From: an uncultured Anaerolineales bacterium
GTDB lineage: Bacteria > Chloroflexota > Anaerolineae > B4-G1
Length of the DNA: 64,000 bases
Reading direction: 5' to 3'
Assembly (NCBI GenBank): GCA_964653285.1
Contig: CAZZEX010000012.1
Location: 5,692-69,691, forward strand
Shown: positions 8,744 through 15,179 of the stretch, piece by piece
Layout of the letters: each line of letters begins with the position of its first letter
Numbering within the stretch: the stretch's first letter is position 1
Position numbers and translations under genes: made by a program
The notes under the pieces: model-generated
Database searches by the model: none
What the model saw: only the letters and a program-made list of their open reading frames with translations
Told to the model about the DNA's origin: nothing

Positions 8744-8808
8744 TGAAAACTTTTGAAATGCTGTTGAAACTGAACTGAAAGCGCACAGGCGCGCTTTTAT
8801 GCTATACT
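8744..8808 (+). promoter_or_regulatory. archaellin promoter candidate: four helically phased TGAAA direct repeats followed by an extended -10 (TGcTATACT)
   Basis: TGAAA at 8744, 8754, 8765 and 8776 (spacing 10, 11, 11 nt). TGc+TATACT at 8800-8808. There is no good -35 hexamer, and the last repeat occupies the -35 position. A weaker alternative -10, TGgTATATT, lies at 8863-8871. Confidence 0.45.
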
Positions 8809-8997
8809 CGCCTATGAAAGTGTGACATGCTTCGTGAGTGTATCAATATTGCTCTGCATCAATGGTATATTCGGCAGATTCATCGGTGGGGGAAAGGAGA
8901 TGAAAAACAGAGACAAGAAAGACAAGAAACAAAGGAAAGAAACAGTGTATGTTCACCTGTCAATCGAATCTATAGTCAAATCCAAAGGAGACAAGAA

Positions 8998-9570
8998 ATG
9001 ACCAGCAAACTGAATAGGTTACTAAGAGATGAAAGTGGTATCACCGCTTTGGAGACGGCGATCATCTTGATTGCCTTCGTCGTGGTCGCAGCCGTCTTCG
9101 CCTTCACCATTCTCTCGGCCGGCACGTTCACGACCGAGCGAAGCAAGGAGGCGGTGTACGCCGGCCTTGAGGAGGTCAGGGGATCGCTGGAACTCAGGGG
9201 AAGCATCATCGCTAACGGCATTACCAGCACGAACTCCATCACCAACGTGGTCTTCACCGTCGCCAACGTTGCTGGTGGCCAGGCCGTCGACATGTCTACC
9301 ACGAGTAGGGTGGTGGTCGTCGAGTACCGCGACAGCAGCCAGCGCAAGGAGATCACCGACTGGTCAGTGAGTTGGCTGGGGTATAACGATGCAGACACCC
9401 TTCTCGAAGAGAGGGAACTGGCGGAGATCACCGTCCCCTTGAACAGCCTCAGCCCCACCCTGGGAGCCAACACGATTTTCGTCGTCGAGGTGAAACCTCC
9501 GCGGGGTGCCGTCCTCAATCTCCAGAGGACTACGCCAGCCGTTATTGACCTAGTGATGGATCTCAACTAG
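8998..9570 (+). CDS. arlB: archaellin-like filament protein 1 (class III signal peptide)
   Basis: I chose ATG 8998 (SD-like aaaggag upstream) over the 57-codon upstream ORF extension. [14 protein letters not shown] / [46 protein letters not shown] matches the archaeal flagellin N-terminal-like domain. About 190 aa, with a beta-rich C-terminal part. Confidence 0.78.
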   Translation: MTSKLNRLLRDESGITALETAIILIAFVVVAAVFAFTILSAGTFTTERSKEAVYAGLEEVRGSLELRGSIIANGITSTNSITNVVFTVANVAGGQAVDMSTTSRVVVVEYRDSSQRKEITDWSVSWLGYNDADTLLEERELAEITVPLNSLSPTLGANTIFVVEVKPPRGAVLNLQRTTPAVIDLVMDLN

Positions 9571-9585
9571 AATGGGGGTAAGAAA

Positions 9586-10173
9586 ATGAATAAGAAAATA
9601 AAGATGAACAGACTGCTAAGGGATGAAAGTGGTATCACCGCGCTGGAGACAGCGATTATCTTGATTGCCTTCGTCGTGGTCGCAGCCGTCTTCGCCTTCA
9701 CCATTCTCTCGGCCGGCACGTTCACGACCGAGCGGAGCAAGGAGGCGGTGTACTCCGGCCTGGAGGAGGTCAGGGGATCGCTGGAACTCAAGGGAAGCGT
9801 CATTGCCAGGGGAGGATACATCAGCCCCACTGACGTTATCTCAGACGTGATCTTCACCGTCGCCAACGTTGCTGGCGGTCAGGCCGTCGACATGTCTACC
9901 ACGAGTAGGGTGGTGGTCATCGAGTACCGCGACAGCAGCCAGCGCAAAGAGATCACCAATTGGTCAGTGAATTGGCTGGGGTATAACGATGGGGATACCC
10001 TTCTTGAAGAGAGGGAACTGGTGGAGATAACTGTTCCCCTCACCAATACCCTTTCTCCTTACTTGGGAGCCAACACGATCTTTGTCGTCGAGGTGAAACC
10101 TCAGCGGGGTGCGGTCCTCAATCTCCAGAGGACTACGCCAGCCGTCATTGACCCAGTGATGGATCTCAACTAA
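9586..10173 (+). CDS. arlB: archaellin-like filament protein 2 (tandem paralogue)
   Basis: The N-terminal domain is the same as in 8998-9570, and a 77-nt stretch is identical (9064-9140 = 9658-9734). It diverges mainly in one internal patch. An alternative start is ATG 9604. Confidence 0.78.
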   Translation: MNKKIKMNRLLRDESGITALETAIILIAFVVVAAVFAFTILSAGTFTTERSKEAVYSGLEEVRGSLELKGSVIARGGYISPTDVISDVIFTVANVAGGQAVDMSTTSRVVVIEYRDSSQRKEITNWSVNWLGYNDGDTLLEERELVEITVPLTNTLSPYLGANTIFVVEVKPQRGAVLNLQRTTPAVIDPVMDLN

Positions 10174-10218
10174 GGAAGGCTGGCGGATCGCCTTCGAGTT
10201 CGCGGGTCTCGACTGAGT

Positions 10219-10260
10219 GGTTCGGCTGGGTCATAGGGCCCAGTCGAACCGCTTATCTTA
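10219..10260 (+). terminator. possible attenuator/terminator hairpin after the archaellin genes
   Basis: ggttcggctggg (10219-10230) pairs with cccagtcgaacc (10239-10250) with one mismatch, followed by gcttatctta. The T-tract is weak. Confidence 0.35.
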
Positions 10261-10299
10261 AGCAGAGACCACCACCATAGCCAAAACGAGGAGGTTCTC

Positions 10300-10866
10300 G
10301 TGGAACTGGAACACAGAGTGGAGGAACTCGAACGTGAATTGGAAATCCTGAAGGAAACGATGCGAGAAACGCTGCTGGCTATTCAGAAGAGCCTGCCGGA
10401 GAAACCAGCCAGCCCTTCGCGATGGCAGAAGAAGGCCTGGATGTTGGCGCTGCTCAACACCCTCTTGGCCATCACCTTGTTCACCAACATCCGCTTCTAT
10501 ACATCGGACACCCCCCCCTTCGGGATCGGTTCCCTTCTGAGCCCCTGGCTACAGGCGTTTTGGGTGGCCTTGGCGTTCCTGTGGCTGCTCCTCCAGATGT
10601 ACCCCCTGGCGCTGCTCCTGGATCAGGAAGACGGGCGGGCGCGCAAGGTGACCTGGCGTAATTCGGTCGCGCTCTTCAGGTCCAACCCGGGGTTGACCCT
10701 CGCGCTGACGTCGTTGGTATTGATCTTGGCCACCATCAGCGCGCTGTTCCCATCGCTGTGGTTCGTGGTTATGGTGGCGCTGTTCGCCGGCGTGTGCGCC
10801 AACGCGGCGGGGCAACTGGTGCAGTCGTGTCGGCAGCGGGCACAGATAAGAGGGAAAGGAAAGTAG
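10300..10866 (+). CDS. membrane protein: N-terminal coiled coil plus four TM helices (archaellum accessory candidate)
   Basis: GTG start 8 nt after GGAGG. The N-terminus ELEHRVEELERELEILKETMRETLLAIQKSL is paralogous to the N-terminus of 11099-11359. Four hydrophobic helices follow. Confidence 0.6.
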   Translation: MELEHRVEELERELEILKETMRETLLAIQKSLPEKPASPSRWQKKAWMLALLNTLLAITLFTNIRFYTSDTPPFGIGSLLSPWLQAFWVALAFLWLLLQMYPLALLLDQEDGRARKVTWRNSVALFRSNPGLTLALTSLVLILATISALFPSLWFVVMVALFAGVCANAAGQLVQSCRQRAQIRGKGK

Positions 10867-11017
10867 AGAGGGGAAGGGAGGGAATGCACTCGAGGGCCTG
10901 TGATACCAGAGAGTGAAACTCTACTGTAACGAAATCGTAACCGAGGCCGGGTGAGGAGTGTAGTAAACTGTGTCATGGCAAGCATAAGGAGGGATCCTAT
11001 CTTTTCAATAAACCGGG

Positions 11018-11072
11018 GTAGGGGCAGGTCTTGTACCTGCCCAAGAGGGCGACCACGAGGGTTCGCCCCTAC
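11018..11072 (+). other. GC-rich double-hairpin element in the intergenic region
   Basis: gggcaggt/acctgccc form an 8-bp stem with a 5-nt loop at 11022-11042. gggcgacc/ggttcgccc form an 8-bp stem with one bulge at 11047-11068. The pair is flanked by gtagggg...cccctac. Confidence 0.35.
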
Positions 11073-11098
11073 ATATTGAGATGATACGAGGGGTCGTT

Positions 11099-11359
11099 AT
11101 GACAGTGGAACAGAAGGTCAAGATGCTCGAGTACGAAATGAAAATCCTGAAAAATGAAATACAGCGAACGCTCCTGGATATTCAGGAGCAACTTCTACTC
11201 CATTATTACCCTTCTCTCAGAACAGATGAGTCCTCGCCTCCGGAGAGCATCCTGCGTTCTATCGAAACCATCCAAAAGAAAAAGGCGGAGCGAGAGGAAG
11301 AAGAAGAGCAATCGCGTTACCTATCTGAGGAGAAGACAGACCAGACCTCCATAGTGTAG
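11099..11359 (+). CDS. small soluble coiled-coil protein (possible FlaC/ArlC-like module)
   Basis: ATG 11099 follows gaggggt (an alternative ATG is at 11081). VKMLEYEMKILKNEIQRTLLDIQEQL shares 13 of 26 residues with the N-terminus of 10300-10866. The C-terminal tail is acidic and lysine-rich. Confidence 0.55.
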   Translation: MTVEQKVKMLEYEMKILKNEIQRTLLDIQEQLLLHYYPSLRTDESSPPESILRSIETIQKKKAEREEEEEQSRYLSEEKTDQTSIV

Positions 11360-11436
11360 TTGTCGCAGCAAGTGAGCAATAGCGTGGGGAGAGGAGGCCC
11401 TCTCGCTCATAGAGAAGACAAACGAGGAGGCCAGCC

Positions 11437-11904
11437 TTGGATAAAACAATTGTGACGGCCATCATGATCATAGCGGGTGTGGTGTCCGCGGTATTTGTCT
11501 TTAACGCCCTCTACCCCGCGACCATCCAAGGCGGGGAGGCTATGATCAACATGGAGAGGAGGATAGGCGAGCGCCTCAAAAGTAAGATCGAGATCATTCA
11601 CGCCACCGGAAGCGGCAGCAATGCACTGGTATGGGTCAAGAATGTCGGATCCTTGTCCATCAAAGCAGTCGAGAGGTGCGACGTTTTCTTTGGGCCAGAG
11701 AGCGATTTCTCCCGCATCCCCCATAAAGACGAGGCCGGGGGGACCCCTTATTGGGAGTGGGAGGTGGAAAACGACACCGAGTGGAGACCCACGGCGACTT
11801 TGCAGATTACCATCACCTGTGGTGGTCCCGTCTTATCGGGGAGATACTTCGTGAAAGTGGTGACCCCCAACGGCCTCTCCGACGAGTACTACTTCAGCGA
11901 GTGA
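11437..11904 (+). CDS. ArlF/ArlG-family (FlaF/FlaG-like) archaellum stator-type protein
   Basis: TTG start 8 nt after GGAGG. N-terminal helix TIVTAIMIIAGVVSAVFVFNALYP, then IEIIHATGSGSNALVWVKNVGSLSI...CDVFFG, the beta-sandwich pattern typical of FlaF/FlaG. I cannot tell F from G by eye. Confidence 0.68.
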   Translation: MDKTIVTAIMIIAGVVSAVFVFNALYPATIQGGEAMINMERRIGERLKSKIEIIHATGSGSNALVWVKNVGSLSIKAVERCDVFFGPESDFSRIPHKDEAGGTPYWEWEVENDTEWRPTATLQITITCGGPVLSGRYFVKVVTPNGLSDEYYFSE

Positions 11905-11907
11905 CCT

Positions 11908-12408
11908 ATGGAGACGGCGATTACTGCACTCATAGTCATAGCCCTTCTGTTGTTGGTGGTACTTACTATCTCCGAGCGTTACTTCTCTGCACAGGAGGCT
12001 GTTGTGAAATCCTGGCAGGCGATGGAAGAACAAATGGAAGAGAGAGCCGGGACAAATCCCGCGCCCGTTGACGCGGGAACCATAGCCGGAGGCGCAATAG
12101 TGGAGGTAACCCTCAGGAACGAAGGAGACATCAAGTTGGCCGACTTTGACCGCTGGGACGTCATTATTCAGTATTATGATGATTTTGATGGGTACTACAT
12201 AAAATGGCTTCCGTATGCTCAGCCAGGAGACAGGTGGGTAGAGGTATTTCCCCCAGAAGCACAGGTTTTTGATCCGAACATCCTCAATCCAGGTGAGGAG
12301 ATGGTGATTCAGATATCGGTTTCGCCCTCGGTGAAGGAGGGATCCACCAAGTGGGTGACCATCGCCACCCCCAATGGCATCACCGCCTCGACGGTCTTTA
12401 CACGTTAG
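11908..12408 (+). CDS. ArlF/ArlG-family (FlaF/FlaG-like) protein, second member
   Basis: METAITALIVIALLLLVVLTI N-terminal helix, then IVEVTLRNEGDIKLADFDRWDVIIQY. The start lies 3 nt after the previous stop. Confidence 0.68.
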   Translation: METAITALIVIALLLLVVLTISERYFSAQEAVVKSWQAMEEQMEERAGTNPAPVDAGTIAGGAIVEVTLRNEGDIKLADFDRWDVIIQYYDDFDGYYIKWLPYAQPGDRWVEVFPPEAQVFDPNILNPGEEMVIQISVSPSVKEGSTKWVTIATPNGITASTVFTR

Positions 12409-12488
12409 ATCTCTCAAACATGTACTGTCTGGAGGGCAACGTTGGTATGAACGGCCAATCCAGGAGCGATTCACCGGGAGATGGGAAG

Positions 12489-12866
12489 ATGAAGATCTGT
12501 CTCATACACGCCAGGCGCGCGGCAGGGGAGGTGTTGGCTAGAGCCCTCTCCTGCAGGTTGAACGCTGAGGTTGATGTGTTTTCTTACTGTGAGAATGCCC
12601 TGGCAACTGCCTTGGACTACGACGTGTTCGTCGTGTACAACAACTTTCAGAAGAAAATGACCGGGTTTCAGGGAGTCAAGAAGATCAGAGCCCGGAAGCC
12701 GCAGGCCTTTATTGTTGGCGTAACTTCCAATCCCAATCTTACCAGGAAGTTCATTTCGGTCGGGGCGGACACCTTCCTTCTGAGGGCTGGAAATGAAATC
12801 GCGGAACTGGTCGGAATTGTTCGTCAGAGGGAAGGCGTCGCCGGGTCTACACTTGAGCGTGGTTGA
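12489..12866 (+). CDS. pseudo-receiver (degenerate CheY-like) domain protein
   Basis: MKICLIHARR...YDVFVVYNNFQKKMTGFQGVKKIR...AFIVGVTSNP...GADTFLLRAG follows the REC secondary-structure pattern. The acidic pocket (HA instead of DD), the phospho-Asp position (Y) and the conserved Lys (R) are all replaced. The start is uncertain (ATG 12447 or 12489). Confidence 0.5.
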   Translation: MKICLIHARRAAGEVLARALSCRLNAEVDVFSYCENALATALDYDVFVVYNNFQKKMTGFQGVKKIRARKPQAFIVGVTSNPNLTRKFISVGADTFLLRAGNEIAELVGIVRQREGVAGSTLERG

Positions 12867-12934
12867 GGGCTGGGTTGGACAAACAGATCGTGCCCGACGA
12901 CTGAAGTGGTCAAACCTGGGCTTGGAAATGGAGG

Positions 12935-12976
12935 GCCCTCTGTGTGTGAATCACTCCCGCAGAGGGCTTTTCTTTC
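12935..12976 (+). terminator. Rho-independent terminator
   Basis: gccctctg (12935-12942) pairs with cagagggc (12960-12967) and is followed by ttttctttc. Confidence 0.55.
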
Positions 12977-13160
12977 GCCCCTGGGCGGTTTAACGCCCGG
13001 CCGGGCGAGCAGAGCAGCACCAACATGCCAGGGGCAAACTGCCCCCTGTTGTGTCAACCCGCAACATTACTGTAACACAAGTGAAACCTCGAGAAAGCCG
13101 ATTCTGAGTTATACTGGCCTGTGAGCCTCCTATTCTGATGGCTGAGGTAGAGGAGTTGCA

Positions 13161-13652
13161 ATGAATGGTTTCGTATGCAAGCCAGTGGACCCCGACGAAC
13201 TCCACAGGGGCACTGAACCGTTCCTGCCTCGGACCCCAGATCTACGAGTACGAGAACGCCAGGTAGCGGAGAAACCACAGTTCACCCTGCCGGTGGATCT
13301 CGACGAGGCTCTGAGAGTGGTAGATGGGGACGATGATCTCTTGCGAGACGTGGTTGAAATGTTCTCAGAGGAATGCCCCAAACAGGTGGAGGCGTTGAGA
13401 GAGGCTCTGGCACGGCAAGACGCACCGGATGTCGAAAGTACGGCGCACAGGCTGAAGGACATCCTGGGCAACGTCGGAGGCCTGGCAGCGCGCGATCTGG
13501 CCCAGCGCATGGAGACTATGGGCGAGGAGGACAAACTCGATGGCGGATCGGCTGTGCTGGAAGAACTGGAAGTTGAGATAAGGCGCGTGGTGACATTCTT
13601 TTCGGAACTGGGATGGGAGCAAGGTGCCCTTGGACGTGAGGGAGGGCAGTGA
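13161..13652 (+). CDS. stand-alone histidine phosphotransfer (HPt) protein
   Basis: ATG follows GAGGAG. LDEALRVVDGDDDLLRDVVEMFSEECPKQVEALREAL...STAHRLKDILGNVGG is the HPt four-helix pattern with the AHxLK phospho-His motif. The N-terminal 45 aa are unrelated (see finding). Confidence 0.8.
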   Translation: MNGFVCKPVDPDELHRGTEPFLPRTPDLRVRERQVAEKPQFTLPVDLDEALRVVDGDDDLLRDVVEMFSEECPKQVEALREALARQDAPDVESTAHRLKDILGNVGGLAARDLAQRMETMGEEDKLDGGSAVLEELEVEIRRVVTFFSELGWEQGALGREGGQ

Positions 13653-14095
13653 TGGGTGCTAAGGCGCGTGTACTTGTCGTTGACAATAACCGTCGCACGG
13701 TGATAATCATCAAACATGCCTTGAAAAAGCAAGGCTGCGAAGTTCTTACCGCCTTCGACGGCAAAGAGGGGTTACGAAAGGCACGAGAGGAGAAGCCCGA
13801 CCTCGTCATCTTGGATGTCATGGTGCCCAGAATGAATGGGTACGAAGTCTGTTACCGCCTGAAAACCGATCCGGATACCGCTCACATAGCGGTGCTCATG
13901 CTCACCGCCGAGGGAGAAATTGATAATGACGCGAGGCATCAATTTACCGACCGTCTCGAAAACCAGTTACAGGGTCTCGAGATTGGGACCGTAGATTTCT
14001 TGACCAAGCCGATTAAAGCGAGAGACCTGCTGAGGCAAGTGAAGACATCGCTTTACCGGTTGTCCCAAAGACCGGTGGTGGAGTTTCGAGATTGA
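13652..14095 (+). CDS. single-domain CheY-like response regulator
   Basis: The ATG shares one nt with the HPt TGA stop. VLVVDNN, DLVILDVMVPRMNG, LMLTA and DFLTKP show that the phospho-Asp, Thr and Lys are all present. Confidence 0.85.
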   Translation: MGAKARVLVVDNNRRTVIIIKHALKKQGCEVLTAFDGKEGLRKAREEKPDLVILDVMVPRMNGYEVCYRLKTDPDTAHIAVLMLTAEGEIDNDARHQFTDRLENQLQGLEIGTVDFLTKPIKARDLLRQVKTSLYRLSQRPVVEFRD

Positions 14096-14108
14096 GGGAG
14101 ATGTCCAG

Positions 14109-15173
14109 ATGGCTAAAAAGATACTACTGATCGAGAACGATCTTCAAATCATGAATCTAATCAGGGAGCCCCTCGAGGATGAGGGCTACGTGGTGGTGAC
14201 GACCAGGGATGGTCCCGAAGGACTGAAACTGGCCAGGAGGGAGCAGCCCAATCTCGTAGTAGTGGACTTCAACCTGCCAAGTATGACGGGGAACATAGTC
14301 GCCCGCCGCCTGCGACATGATCCAGCCACGGATCACCAGGCGATCCTCATGATCTCCGGCGAGGATCAGTTAGAGGAAATAGAGATTGGTCCTAAAACAA
14401 GTGCCGACGACTTCCTCATCATGCCTTTCGATGTCGCGGAATTGTTGACCAAGGTCAGGCCCCTACTTATAGGTGCAGAGGATGAGAAAGGGACAGTGAT
14501 CTCGACGGGGAACAGCGAACTCGACGTCAAGATGGGAGGAGGAATACCCATGGGCTCCTTGACCCTGATCGAGGGCGATTCGGGGGCCGGCAAATCCGTG
14601 CTTTCCCAGCAGATGATGCGTGGGTGCCTGGACAATGGACATAGACTAACCCTCTTTAGTAGCGAGAACACAGTGAAGAGCCTGGTCACACAAATGCAGA
14701 GCCTGAATTTAGGCATCCTGGACTATCTCCTCTTGAGCAGGCTGAGGGTAATTCCTATCGAGACCTCGCGACTGGGCGGGGATGCTCCTTCCATCTTGAT
14801 GGAGGCCATGCAAAAGGAGGAGAAGGGGCACGAGATTACCATTGTGGATTCTCTTACCTCATCCATTCCCGGCTCCTCCGAAAAGGAGGTGCTCATCTTT
14901 TTCGAGGAGTGCAAGAGGCTGTGTGCGAATGGCACAAGTGTCATCATCGTCGTTCACTCTCACGGCCTGACCAGTGAACTCCTCGCCCGCATCCGGTCTC
15001 TTTGTGATGCCCACCTCCAGCTGCGCACTGAGGAGGTGGGACAGAAGATGGTCAAGGCTTTGGAAGTGACGAAGGTAAGGGGAGCAGATCAACACACAGG
15101 CAATATCATCAGCTTCGAGGTGGAGCCAGGATGGGGGATGAGGGTCATACCCATAAGCAAGGTCAGGGGATAG
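14109..15173 (+). CDS. arlH: receiver domain fused to ArlH (FlaH) KaiC/RecA-like ATPase
   Basis: N-terminal 120 aa are REC-like (ILLIEND, NLVVVDFNLPSMTG, LMISG, but DDFLIMPF with Met in place of the conserved Lys). The C-terminal 230 aa read ELDVKMGGGIPMGSLTLIEGDSGAGKSVLSQQM...ITIVDSLT, the FlaH Walker A/B pattern. Confidence 0.82.
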   Translation: MAKKILLIENDLQIMNLIREPLEDEGYVVVTTRDGPEGLKLARREQPNLVVVDFNLPSMTGNIVARRLRHDPATDHQAILMISGEDQLEEIEIGPKTSADDFLIMPFDVAELLTKVRPLLIGAEDEKGTVISTGNSELDVKMGGGIPMGSLTLIEGDSGAGKSVLSQQMMRGCLDNGHRLTLFSSENTVKSLVTQMQSLNLGILDYLLLSRLRVIPIETSRLGGDAPSILMEAMQKEEKGHEITIVDSLTSSIPGSSEKEVLIFFEECKRLCANGTSVIIVVHSHGLTSELLARIRSLCDAHLQLRTEEVGQKMVKALEVTKVRGADQHTGNIISFEVEPGWGMRVIPISKVRG

Positions 15174-15179
15174 AGTTTT

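Noticed and set aside
8827-8997. 57-codon N-terminal extension of the first archaellin ORF
   Set aside because: The extension ([39 protein letters not shown]...) is purine-rich leader sequence with no signal-peptide logic. The paralogue starts directly with the [11 protein letters not shown] class III signal peptide, and ATG 8998 has an AGGAG-type ribosome binding site.
13122-13160. Short frame reading ILMAEVEELQ* just upstream of the HPt gene, considered as the N-terminal relic of a deleted receiver domain (resembling ILVAEDN..)
   Set aside because: It is only 10 codons, it ends in a stop, and it coincides with the GAGGAG ribosome binding site of the HPt gene. The resemblance is too short to distinguish from chance.
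12867-13160. Small ORFs on both strands in the gap between the pseudo-receiver and HPt genes (for example 12906-13124 +, 12824-13057 -)
   Set aside because: They have no motifs, no ribosome binding sites and mixed composition. The region is better explained by a terminator hairpin (12935-12976) and a promoter or leader for the downstream operon.
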